Source: Octopus bimaculoides | Taxonomy: Eukaryota | Direction of reading: 5' to 3' | Assembly: GCF_001194135.2 (NCBI RefSeq) | Contig: NC_069003.1 | Span: 3,238,927 to 3,274,829, forward strand | DNA length: 35,903 bases | Part shown: positions 14,170 to 25,258 of the stretch, piece after piece | Numbering within the stretch: the stretch's first letter is position 1 | How the letters are laid out: the number at the start of each line of letters is the position of its first letter | Made by a program: the position numbers and the translations under genes | The notes under the pieces: generated by a model | The model's input: only the letters and a program-made list of their open reading frames with translations | Told to the model about the DNA's origin: nothing | Database searches by the model: none

Positions 14170-14270
14170 ATCAGTTTTTTAGAACCGGCTACTTATTCTA
14201 TCATTCTCTTCGCCGAACTGCTAAGTTACAGAGATTTAAACAAAGCAACATCGGCTGTCAAGTTGTGATA
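14170..14270 (-). mobile_element. SINE family B internal/3' fragment
   Basis: TACTTATTCTATC...CCGAACTGCTAAGTTAC...AACATCGGCTGTCAAG corresponds to the reverse complement of ~28850-28930. The adjacent compound microsatellite (14281-14447) sits where the internal B microsatellite is expected. Confidence 0.7.
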
Positions 14271-14382
14271 GAGAATCAACACAAAGGCACTCACGTAAAC
14301 TTTACACAAAGACACGCACACAAGCACATACGCACATACACACACATCTATCTATCTATCTATCTATCTATCTCTTTCTCTC

Positions 14383-14427
<45 letters not shown>

Positions 14428-14474
14428 ATATATATATATATATATATGTCAGCTCAAATGATAATATTAATATC

Positions 14475-14502
14475 TTATTGTCACAAAGTGAAAGATGTGC
14501 AG
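14475..14502 (-). repeat. Interspersed repeat D, copy 1 (cut by gap)
   Basis: TTATTGTCACAAAGTGAAAGATGTGCAG is 26/28 identical to 16554-16581. Confidence 0.7.
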
Positions 14503-15319
14503 NNNNNNNNNNNNNNNNNNNNNNNNNNNNNNNNNNNNNNNNNNNNNNNNNNNNNNNNNNNNNNNNNNNNNNNNNNNNNNNNNNNNNNNNNNNNNNNNNN
14601 NNNNNNNNNNNNNNNNNNNNNNNNNNNNNNNNNNNNNNNNNNNNNNNNNNNNNNNNNNNNNNNNNNNNNNNNNNNNNNNNNNNNNNNNNNNNNNNNNNNN
14701 NNNNNNNNNNNNNNNNNNNNNNNNNNNNNNNNNNATATTTATGTATAAATGTATGTGTTTATATTATACATATGTACACGCGCACGTGTGTGCGTGTATT
14801 TCTGTTTGTGTGTGTGTGTGTGTGTGTGCGTGTGTGCGTGTGTGCGTGCGTGAGTAAGCACATAAGGAGACTTATATTCACCACTGGTTTCTATATTTAT
14901 TTCCCACCTAAATTAATGTCAACATTACGGTTTTCTTTTTACCTATTCCCCAGAAACATTTCATTCGCAGAAGAAAAAAAAAACCCAAGATAAATAAAAG
15001 AAAAGAAAAGTAAGAACTTATATACACCTATCTAATTAATCTATTTTTAATCTAATTAGCCATTCATTATTTGATACGGGTATATTTTTTTCTCCTTTTC
15101 AATATTGGTATCATTCACGTTTCCTTTTTGGATATTTTCTGTTTCTCTCACATGGCTGAAATTAATTATAATAATTGTGCTTAATTATATGAAATTATGT
15201 TGATGAAGTAGCCTTGATTCCGATGGTGCTTCTTTGCACTTAATGCTACTATGGATGTCGATTGGTTCATCAAAGATGTATTACTTTTTTTCTTTTTTAC
15301 AACACTTGAAGAACCTCAA

Positions 15320-15792
15320 TTAGTATTGATTATTAAACTGCGGCTATGCAGAGGCATCGTGTTGAAGAATTTTAGTTGAACGAAACGACCCTAGTTCCTA
15401 TTCAGTTTTTGAAGCATCGTACTTACTGTTTCGGTCTTTTTTTCTAAACTGCTAAGTTACGGCATCCAAATACTCCGACACGATTACCAACAGATAGACT
15501 ATCAAGAGACATACATACACAAAGAAGCACACACACACAGGCTCTCACATATGTCCTGTATAAATGTATACACACACAAACAATCACACATATATGTGTC
15601 TGTATAAATGTACTCACACACACACGCACACAGATGCTTTGCTTCTATCAGCTTCCATCTTCCAAATCAAATTCACTGACGAACATGGTCAGCTTGAGTT
15701 TATAGTAGGAGACAATTGCTCAAGGTACTAGGCAATAGAATTGAACCTAGAAGCATGTGATTGGGAATGAAACTTGTTGCCACGCAGCCACG
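15320..15792 (-). mobile_element. Near full-length, diverged SINE family B with internal (CA)/(TA) microsatellite
   Basis: Tail 15320-15490 (TGCGGCTATGC...ACGACCCTAG...TACTTA...CTGCTAAGTTACGG), microsatellite ~15505-15635, and head 15640-15792 ending GCCACGCAGCCACG. Collinear with the reverse complement of 28440-29033. Confidence 0.8.
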
Positions 15793-16453
15793 TTTTATTC
15801 CTAGTTTGCAAACAAAATAAACTATATCTTATTCCTTCGATAAATGGCTATATACTCAAGAGATAAAATCTTGACAGAAATTTGTAATGAAATATAGAAA
15901 TCCATATTACTTGTTCGGCGTATTTAAGTAGAGATCATTTTCTAACATAGGCTGATATGACTGTAGTACAGGTCGTTAATTATTACTCGTAGTAAAATCT
16001 CGTTGCCGAGAGTTTTGAACACAAAACTGACCCCGCCCACCTCTACTGGGCTTATCTATTGTGAATTATAGAAGGGAGTCCATAACACGACAGGAATTCA
16101 AGACGAAATCAATCATAAGCGGATGAACTCGTCATGAGGAAGTGAGGCTTGTTCAGAGCTATTCATTGCAATATTTGAATGCGAGCTAAGCCAGTTTGGA
16201 GCCTTGTACCGTATTCATTGTCGTCCTCAAGACCCGGAGCTTAAACGAGTGAACAAGACTGGTGAATAAGACTGGAGACGACTTGGCTGTATGAAACATT
16301 ATACAAATCCTCGAGATCTTCAATAAAATGTGGTATAAAATGGGTTCCCCCTCTTACTTTCTGCTTTTGTTCCCTTGGACATAAATTCGTGTCGAGGCCG
16401 CAGTTGTTATTGTTCTACTTCGCGCAGAGTGTTGAAAAGTATTGTCAATATAG

Positions 16454-16536
16454 GTAGAATTTGATCTGAGAAGGTATCGGGCCGGAAGAAATGTTGCAAA
16501 TTGTTTTGTCCGACGCGCTAATGATTCTGCCAGCTC
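16454..16536 (-). mobile_element. SINE family C head
   Basis: Reverse complement GAGCTGGCAGAATCATTAGCGCGTCGGACAAAA...AGATCAAATTCTAC. It shares the translated stretch ESLARRTK with the copy at 16837 in the ORF track. Confidence 0.75.
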
Positions 16537-16540
16537 ATGT

Positions 16541-16581
16541 GATAATAATACCTTTATTGTCACAAGGTGAGAGATGTGCAG
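16541..16581 (-). repeat. Interspersed repeat D, copy 2; minus strand ends in AATAAA plus a (TAT)n tail, like a retroelement 3' end
   Basis: Minus strand reads CTGCACATCTCTCACCTTGTGACAATAAAGGTATTATTATC. The second copy is at 14475-14502. Confidence 0.55.
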
Positions 16582-16836
16582 CATTGTATTGATACATAGT
16601 TGTTTGTATTGATCTATGTGATTTAATGATATTTGTTTGATCGACTCGAGATGAAACAATTTGAAAGAAAAGACAAAACCGTCGGGAGTTGAACCATTTA
16701 TCTTGATCAACAAAGCTAAACTTCTATATAGCAATTTCGTGTAACTTCATCTCATAGGAATTGCCACGGTGTTAATGAAATAGCTTCGCGATCTTGCGAT
16801 TTTGGTTTCGAACAATAGCTTCGTGCTTTGGGTACA

Positions 16837-16993
16837 AAGGCGAAGATTTGACTGAATCGTTAGCCCGTCGGACAAAATGCTTAGCGGCATTTCGGCCGTC
16901 TTTACATTCTGAGATCAAATTCTGCCGAAGTCTTTGCCTTTCATCCTTTCCGTGGTCGATAAAAAAAATGTATCCGGTGAAAACTAGAGTCGA
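16837..16993 (+). mobile_element. SINE family C (head and core)
   Basis: B-box-like GAGATCAAATTC (16911-16922) followed by core TTTGCCTTTCATCCTTTCCGTGGTCGATAAA. Confidence 0.85.
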
Positions 16994-18101
16994 ACTGCCC
17001 CGAAATACCTAAATGTGAAAGCAATATTGTGAGCTACACAACATCTTTATAACAAAGGGAAAATCTATTTGTTTCCACGTCACTAATTTTCGGTTAAATA
17101 TTGTTTGGAGACATTCAGTGAGGCGTAAATTTTAATCTTTGGTAAATACGGGCATGATAATCTCTCATTAGATCTGTTTAGTGAAGAACAGTTACGCGGT
17201 AATTACGTCACGTAAGTTGGTCAGGCGTTTCTCTAACTTTGTTTAGAATCCGTAATCCTCAGATAAAAAATTACAATTGTTGCAGAAACCAACAATGAGG
17301 ACATCTCTGCAGCCTGGAGTGAAAAAAACACGATAGCATTCAAATATGCAATCGATCGCTGACAAACTTGTCTTTAGACCCATGAAATTAGAGAAAAAAC
17401 AAACGAAAACACAACCATGTTACCGTACCGATATAAAGATCCATTAGCAAGTTAGATTTCCGAATAATGATAATAATAATTACGAAAAGCAATTAAAAAT
17501 TGCTGTATTATTTTGCTGAAGTCTTGGTTTTTTTGTTGACATATCGTTAAAGGCAGTTGTGCTAAATACTCCGGTAATTATAGAACTGCAACGAGCTTGT
17601 TCGATTAATGAGTTTTTCAAATTATTGCCACTTTGTACCGCACCACGTTACGGGAATACTGTGGCACGTGAAGATAAACACAAATAATCTGCGCTTTCTA
17701 GAAACACTGAAATGATTCAATAGAGTGTATCTTGTATCGTTGCCATTTCCCAAACAAAACTGGGTCAAACTTGTTAATATGAAAATGTATCTAATTTGGA
17801 ACATAATACTACTTTCCAGCGAGGCTTTGGGGTTTCTGCATGTAATGCATTATAACTTTCCTGTTTGCTTAGTATGCTATATATACAGTTATAACATCGA
17901 TAATCCTATCCTAAAGTCACTGCGCTGGTGTGTTCCAGTGTTACGCCTTAAATGACTGTCAATACTGAATGCTGTCAAAGATATTATCTAAATCTACAAC
18001 CTATTGGAACAAGTCCACGCTTTCAACGGCAATATGTGCGTATAAAATGAGCAGACATAAATAGTTTGACCTAATAGTTTCATACAGAAGCGGAGCTCTG
18101 T

Positions 18102-18212
18102 GATCTCAGCATTTGACTGGTATATATTTTATCATCCCTGGTTATAGGAAAAACAAGATTATTTCTCAGTGGAAAATAAACGTGAAACGAAACGATACAA
18201 AAGAATTACCGC
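18102..18212 (-). mobile_element. Old SINE family C fragment
   Basis: GACTGGTATATATTTTATCATCCC...TACCGC aligns loosely with 19495-19595. Confidence 0.45.
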
Positions 18213-18502
18213 AATGTAGTTAATTTAACTAATAATTTAATGATGCCACATGAAACAAGTGCAAGAATTACAATTTTAAACGCATGAAATCGGAGACATG
18301 ATCAAAAGATTGAATAACTACAAACTCGCGGAGCAAAATATAAATAATACTCGAAAGCTTCATGTACAGGGAACTCGAGAAGTCCAAGTGTCTCGCAAGA
18401 TTTCATTAATATTTACTTAGTGTCATCGAGTGCAAAACTAGAAATTAATAAAATAAAAGATTTATTGTTTTCTTAGCGCAGACAGCGGAATAGAGGATAA
18501 AA

Positions 18503-19093
18503 CGTATGAAGAGTTGCTATGAATAGTTATTATGGATAAATCATAAGAATAGTTCTTACTGATAGGTGTAATGGATATTTCTTGCAGATAATTCCAATGG
18601 ATGTATCTTATGGATATTCATCATGGACATATCTTGTGGTTGATTTTTATATTGCTTATGCATAATTCTTATGCATTTCGTTTTCGTTATGAATAATCAT
18701 TTTTTATCGATATTTGTCACAGATATTTCTTATGGATATTTCTTGTAGATATCTCTCATTGATACTTTACTATTAATGGTCGTTATGCATAGTCCATATG
18801 CATAGTTGTTAAATATAGTCCTTACATACAGCCCTTATGCAGTGTCCTTACGAATAGTTCCCATAAATAGCTTTTTTTCACATATCATATACATATTTCT
18901 AAAAGATATTTTATGAATAATTCTTAAAGCCATACACATATATTCTTGATGAGTAATTCATGTGCATAAGTTTTATTTATAGAACTTCTGTATATCCTTT
19001 TGGGACAGTTCTGATAGATAGATATGGATGGCTCTTATATATAGATGTTGTTTTTATGGGTAGTGGCTTTGTATAATGCAAATGGATATTTCG
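18503..19093. repeat. Degenerate 13-bp minisatellite, consensus ~CTTATGGATA(T/G)T(T), roughly 40-45 units
   Basis: Consecutive 13-mers such as CGTATGAAGAGTT GCTATGAATAGTT ATTATGGATAAAT CATAAGAATAGTT CTTACTGATAGGT GTAATGGATATTT CTTGCAGATAATT, and later CGTTATGCATAGT CCATATGCATAGT TGTTAAATATAGT CCTTACATACAGC. Confidence 0.85.
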
Positions 19094-19310
19094 TACCCAT
19101 CAGAATAAAATGCCCTAACGTCACTTGCGACCATTAAGGCCAGAAAAAAAACCTTCAATCATATTGGAGGATACTGTCCATAAGTTAGAGATCCTGGACC
19201 GGAATACTTCTACTGCGGTGGCCTATGGCTAAAATAGAACATGTGAGAATTATATAATGGTTTCGGATTACATTGTAAAGTCAGCGTTATTGTCATAGAG
19301 GATAAATTTG

Positions 19311-19445
19311 TATCATCGATACCAGAGGTTGATCGGTATTTCAATTTATCAACTCCGAAAAGAATGAAATGCAGGGTAGACTACAGTGAGATTCGAAGGC
19401 AGATCAAAAACTGGGATGAATATCGGTTTCAAATGTCATCACAAC
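19311..19445 (-). mobile_element. SINE family C copy 1 of a tandem cluster (most decayed)
   Basis: ATCGATACCAG...GGTATTTCAATTTATCAACTCCGAAAAGAATGAAA parallels copies 2 and 3. Confidence 0.55.
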
Positions 19446-19637
19446 GCCAGTACATTCGGGGCAGACGATAGGCCGATAACATCGACCCCAGAACTCAGCT
19501 GGTACTTACTTTATTGACGCCTAGAAGACGAAAGGCATCGTCGACCCTGGTTGAATTTGAACGCAGATGGCAAAGTCGAGCGAAATGATGCTAAGAATTT
19601 TTCCCGGCGTGCTAACGATTCAGTAAACTCGCCTTCT
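19446..19637 (-). mobile_element. SINE family C copy 2 (near complete)
   Basis: ACATCGACCCCAG...GGTACTTACTTTATTGAC...GAATTTGAAC...CCCGGCGTGCTAACGATTCAG...CGCCTT. Confidence 0.85.
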
Positions 19638-19642
19638 TACTC

Positions 19643-19765
19643 CTCTGGTACTTATTTTATCGACCCCGAAATGATAAACAGCAAAATCGACTCTGGCGAT
19701 ATTTGAACTCAGGACGCAAGGACGGAAGAAAAGCTGCCAACATTTTTTACTAATGCGGTAACGCA
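19643..19765 (-). mobile_element. SINE family C copy 3
   Basis: CTGGTACTTATTTTATCGACCCCGAAATGATAAA...ATTTGAACTCAG. Confidence 0.8.
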
Positions 19766-19778
19766 CAAGGTTTGATAG

Positions 19779-19840
19779 AATCGGCTATCCCTCTTCTCTC
19801 TAAATTTTCAAGGCCTTGCACCTACAGTGGAAATAGTTAT
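19779..19840 (+). mobile_element. SINE family C tail fragment, inverted relative to the cluster
   Basis: AATCGGCTATCCCTC...AAATTTTCAAGGCCTTGCACCTACAGTGGAAA matches the tail at 7980-8037. Confidence 0.6.
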
Positions 19841-20325
19841 ATCTAGTACTCCATTACTCACTATGTATTACGCTATTATTAGTCAACAATATGATGCGAT
19901 TTATGAGAGTGAGATGTTTATGGTGTCATTGGTACCAGGCCCAGTAACTACCTATAAAGGCAGTCTTCCACCTGTATGAATCGACTCACCTTTCTTTAAT
20001 TCTTTGCTCTATGAAGGTTAAGCCTTGTAGAGAATTATTTCGTTCAAAACTTGATAGATTTTGGCAGTTTGTCAAAATAACTTAAGTTCACTTGCATAAA
20101 ATATGTATCTTAAGGCAGTTCTGTACTTCCATAGAAAATATCTTGGCACTACATACTACAACACACGTCTTTCATAGTATTACGTCTTTCTTTCATTTTT
20201 CTTCATCTTCCATCGTTTTTGCTTCATTCGTTAATTTCATTCTTCCTCTCAGTCTTCCATCTCACCAATTTTCTGTCTCCTTTACAACATTTCTACCTTG
20301 CTATGTATGCACCTCTGCATCTAAC

Positions 20326-20362
<37 letters not shown>

Positions 20363-20439
20363 CTCTGTATCTGTTCATGTATAACCTTACCCCTCAATCT
20401 ATCGTATCGTATAATATAGTATGATATATACCTATATAT

Positions 20440-20465
20440 CTACATATCTATCTACTTATCTATGC

Positions 20466-20541
<76 letters not shown>
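20440..20541. repeat. (CTAT)n microsatellite at the SINE A 3' end
   Basis: Perfect units from ~20467 to 20541. Confidence 0.95.
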
Positions 20542-20542
<1 letters not shown>

Positions 20543-20740
20543 GTCGCTCATGCATGCCTGCCTCTCCACTCCACGCCACTGATGTTGTCCAAGGGTAAGG
20601 CAAATGGGTTGATATAGCTTCGCATCACTGATGTGACAACTCATTTCTACTGGAGCAAGGCGGAATAGAAGTATCTTGCTCAAGTACACAACACGCAGCT
20701 CTATCCGAGAATTGAACCTCATAACTGGGAACTCCGACGC
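20542..20740 (-). mobile_element. SINE family A (5' A-box lost, 3' part present)
   Basis: Reverse complement GCGTCGGA...GGTTCAATTCTCGGA...GTGTACTTGAGCAAGATACTT...GTAGAAATGAG is collinear with 203-320. Confidence 0.8.
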
Positions 20741-20901
20741 ATACATATATACTTATGTATATATANNNNNNNNNNNNNNNNNNNNNNNNNNNNNNNNNNN
20801 NNNNNNNNNNNNNNNNNNNNNNNNNNNNNNNNNNNNNNNNNNNNNNNNNNNNNNNNNNNNNNNNNNNNNNNNNNNNNNNNNNNNNNNNNNNNNNNNNNNN
20901 N

Positions 20902-20956
<55 letters not shown>

Positions 20957-21939
20957 ATGTATATATATATGTGTGTGTGTGTGTGTGTATGTGTATACAA
21001 ATATAAGTGTATGTTGGCTCACGAGACATTATTTTGAACATATAGCATACGAATTCACAGACACACATCTATACACACTCACACACACACACGTATACAC
21101 TCCCACTCACGTCTATACACGTGTGTCTGCATACGTACATGCGCGTACGTGCGCGTGCATGTGTGTGCGTTTGCGTATGTGCTTATGTGTGTATGTGTGT
21201 GTGTTTCTTAATACATACGAAGACGCCAACACATATTCTTTTACTCCGTTAATCACAGTAAATACACAAGAAAAGAATTTCTTTAGAATATCTCTATTGG
21301 TTCCCTGGGCAGCCATATTTTCTCTACAATTCTTTCTAGGAATAGTTGAATTTCACTGCTAACAGAGATCTGGATTCTCCATTGAATAGTTAAAATTGAA
21401 TATTATTTCCAATAGGTTATAGAATCGCCGTCAATAAAAGTTTGGCTTATTTTATACGCAAGGCTGTAACTTGATCTTTTTCTAATTTTAGCTTTAGAAT
21501 TTTTGAAGATTCATCTTTGGCTCACTCTAACAACTACGAACTTTATTCAAACGTGATTTTATTTCTCCTTTTCAGTTTGTAGTTTTGTTACAAATTCGTG
21601 ATAAACACTTCTTTTGCTTGCATTATTGGGGATGCACAGTCGCTTTATTGAAAATCACATACGAATACATAGATACGCTAAGCACACGCACAAATAGTCA
21701 AACACTGGAATCGTGAGATGGCGCACGCACAGTGCATACACATAGACTTATATATGAAAATACACACACATCTTCAACTTTTCTCTCTCTCTCCCTTTCT
21801 CGCCCTCTCTTTCCCTCTCTGTCTCTCTCCCACATGCACAAACTGACATATATCTTTTACATTCTGTGCAAGTTCTTGCACATATATGTCAAATCGTAAG
21901 GTGTCTTTTTTCTCTCTGTCATACACGTTTTCTTTCTCT

Positions 21940-21954
21940 GTCTCTCTCTGTATG

Positions 21955-21985
<31 letters not shown>

Positions 21986-22082
21986 ATCTATCTATCTATC
22001 TATCAATAGATAGACAGGCAGACAGGCAGACAGTTAAATAGACAGACAGACAGACAGACAAATAGATAGGTAAGTAAATAGG

Positions 22083-22115
<33 letters not shown>

Positions 22116-22146
22116 GGATAGATAGATGGATGGATGGATGGATGGA
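21940..22146. repeat. Compound microsatellite series (CT)n-(CTAT)n-(AGGC)-(AGAC)n-(AGAT)n-(GGAT)n
   Basis: Seen directly. Confidence 0.92.
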
Positions 22147-22780
22147 TGGATGGATGGATGGATGGACAAATACACGCACTTTCACGCGCGCGCAACACAC
22201 AAGTACACACGCCTGCACACGCGTGCAGACACACACACTTATACACACACGCGCAGACACACACTAACACACACACGTATAAGTACAGATATATTTTGTG
22301 TAACTTTTTGTTTATCGGTGATTCCCGCTTGAATTATGTAAAAAATATCGACGAGGAAAATTGTAGAAGTGCTGAGTATCGAACCACTGATTCTAAAAGA
22401 TTGATTCTGGTCCATGTTACGGACCAACTCATACTATTCTTAGTTGTTCCCCATTTATCATACAAAATAATTAAATATTATATTGATCCTCCAACCATAT
22501 AAATATACTTATTATTTCATGATTATTACGAAAATATATAAGAGAAAATAAAATATTTTATATGAAAAGCAATGAATATATAAAATAATTATTTTGAGGT
22601 TGAAAATTTAAATTTCAAATTTCAAATTTAGGCACAACAAAGATAGACTGGTGTAATATATATTCTGATTATATATATATCCAGTATTTTGAGCAAAAAT
22701 CGATATGTCGACTATAGGGAATATTAGTGTACCGCAGTCTGAAACTCCTTGTAGTCACTCGAATAGCTAGAAATAACTAG

Positions 22781-22846
22781 CGAGTTTTATTAAATAACAA
22801 GCCTGTTTGATATCGAGTTTTATTAAATAACAAACCTGCTTCAAAA
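22781..22846. repeat. 33-bp tandem duplication
   Basis: CGAGTTTTATTAAATAACAA(G/A)CCTG starts at 22781 and again at 22814. Confidence 0.9.
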
Positions 22847-23110
22847 TATGATGTTAAAACCAAGAAAGGGATGGCTTCGGTTACAATATATTCTGTAATA
22901 TTTCCACCAGGTCCTGGTGATTTATTTGTAAACAATAACGATTTGAGTAACTCCAATAGAAGCCCTAATGCAGTGGCACACTCTGCTTGAATAACGGCTA
23001 AACTTAATTGAAATAACACTATGTCTTAAAAGTTAGAAATGAAAGAATATCATTGGGTGATGTAGATCATGTCGTGCACAAAGGCAGGGTTATATATATA
23101 TATATATATA

Positions 23111-23265
23111 TGATGGACTTATTTTAGTTTCCATCTGCAAAACCCACACAGCGACGCTGAAATAGAAGAGACTTACCGAAGGTGTCACGCAATGTGACTA
23201 AACCCGGAACCATGTGGTCGGGAAACAAACACTGTCACACTTGCGCCTCCCACAAAACCACGCCT
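23111..23265 (-). mobile_element. SINE family B head (internally deleted)
   Basis: AACCCGGAACCATGTGG and ATAGAAGAGACTTACCGAAGGTGTCACGCA correspond to the reverse complement of 28481-28540. It is flanked by (TA)n at the internal microsatellite position. Confidence 0.75.
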
Positions 23266-24250
23266 AATTGTTAGTATTTTTTCAACGTAAGTATTCAAAA
23301 ATATCTGCGGGTGATACATTTTCGCCATTATATTATTAAAAAGGATGGCAAATAATTAGTTATAGATGGCGGAATAAGTGGCAAAAAGTTCACCGTAAAG
23401 AAATGTGCCCTTTTATAATTTTCGGTTTTTTTTTTCTTTTGGTTTGTTATATTCCCAGGGAAATACATTTCCACTTTTTTTCTTTGATTGGGTCTTTAAA
23501 ATAATTTCCTGTGAAGAACTTCGTGTCAATGAGATCGACTGCATATGACGTCCCCCGACGTTAATATATAAATAGTTTCCTTTGAAATGGTATCGTATGA
23601 TTATTGATATTTCTTACAGTAATGTAGTCCACTCAGAACAGAAAAATAAAGATATAAGCCTCCATGCCTCTTTTTCTACTTTTTCTTTTCTTTCTTTCTT
23701 TCTTTCTTCCTTTCTTTTTTTCTTTCTTTCTTTCCCTCTCACTCTCTCTCTCTCTTTCTCACTACCTTATCCACACGCACACACATAGCCACATTCCTAT
23801 ACAAGTGTTAATATATACCTTTTTGTTGGGTTTTTGTCTCTCAATATATTGCGCTTTTATAGAAAAGCTCTTTCGGATTTTCTTTTCCTCTTTCTCTATT
23901 TCTCACTTATTGTTCTGATAGAATTTTTTTCTTCTCAAAGACCGTTTCCTTAATGATAATTCATATATATTTATTTATTTGCTTTTTTCTATATTTCGTT
24001 TCCAGTTCCCACTCTAACTTCGCCAAATCTCAATCTACTTATTTCACAACTCCAACGAAAAGACCGATTAATTTTCTTTTAAATAAACTCATCATTTCTT
24101 TAAGACGTTGTAGATCTCAGATATATTCATCTACCTCAAGTTATGACAAAAGAAAACAAAATGAATGCAAAATCATCTAAGTATCCACCGAACTTAATAG
24201 AAGTCGACAAATCTGTAGGTTAAAATAAGTGCCAACGTTCACAGGTTTGT

Positions 24251-24338
24251 CTTTTATTTATTTCAATCATAGGACAGCGGCCATGCTGTAGCAGCGCTTT
24301 CAGGGGTTTTATCGAAGAAATCAAACTGAGTACTTATT
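24251..24338 (-). mobile_element. SINE family B 3' end
   Basis: TTTCAATCAT...GCGGCCATGCTGTAGCAGCGC...GTACTTATT corresponds to the reverse complement of ~28920-29015. Confidence 0.7.
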
Positions 24339-24444
24339 ATTATTTTTTTTTTTTTAAACTTCGTACACATTCTGTTGATCACCTGTGCCGAACTGCAAGA
24401 TGGCGGGAAGGTAAAAAATCCAGCAACATTTGGGGACAAACATG

Positions 24445-24482
<38 letters not shown>

Positions 24483-24789
24483 CACACATACACGCAGACA
24501 CGAACGCACACAAACAGTTACACAGATACACACACAGACACACAGAAACACACGCGCACGCACATACACATCACGCACACACACGCACACATATATATAT
24601 ATACATACATAATTAAACGCAGGAGGCTTTATAAGTTACGTAGAGAAAGCTATTATGGAAGGCTCATAGTATAATGATAACTGTATAATAATATATCATA
24701 ATAATATTTCATTCTTCAATTGGAAGTGACACTACATCTGCTTGACCAAACGTTTAACCATCAATTTCAGCCAAATTTGGTTATTATTA

Positions 24790-24821
<32 letters not shown>

Positions 24822-25112
24822 NNNNNNNNNNNNNNNNNNNNNNNNNNNNNNNNNNNNNNNNNNNNNNNNNNNNNNNNNNNNNNNNNNNNNNNNNNNNNNN
24901 NNNNNNNNNNNNNNNNNNNNNNNNNNNNNNNNNNTATATATATGTATGTATGTATGTATGTGTGTGTGTAGAGTAATACAAATGTATACAGAAAACTGCT
25001 GTAAGAAGTCACACGCAACTAATAACAATCGTACAGAAACATGCACACACATGCACATACACATTAAAGAGAAAGCTACGCAATCTATCTCAAAGACCGA
25101 ACTACAGACATG

Positions 25113-25258
25113 CAAGAGGTTTCCATTAGTCTCTCCGTCTACTAAATCTCCCTGCGTGGTTTTCACTGACCTGTTGCGATAGAAGAAAACACCTACCCAA
25201 GTGGAAATGAACCCAGAACCATCTTTCTGAGATTCAAACATCTTACCACAAACGCCTA
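25113..25258 (-). mobile_element. SINE family B head (decayed)
   Basis: TCCGTCTACTAAATC...ATAGAAGA...GAACCCAGAACCAT...TCTTACCACA...CGCCT. Confidence 0.65.

Noticed and set aside
16139-16345. Possible CR1/L2 reverse transcriptase remnant (TGDDLA...ILEIFNKMWYK)
   Set aside because: Only a faint resemblance with wrong spacing and several stops; not supportable without a profile search.
17265-17362. Peptide ending AFKYAIDR, like an iGluR amino-terminal motif
   Set aside because: Stop codon immediately after, no donor site, and a short match likely by chance.
18503-19093. CRISPR-like array
   Set aside because: Units are contiguous degenerate 13-mers with no unique spacers, in a eukaryotic context with no cas genes.
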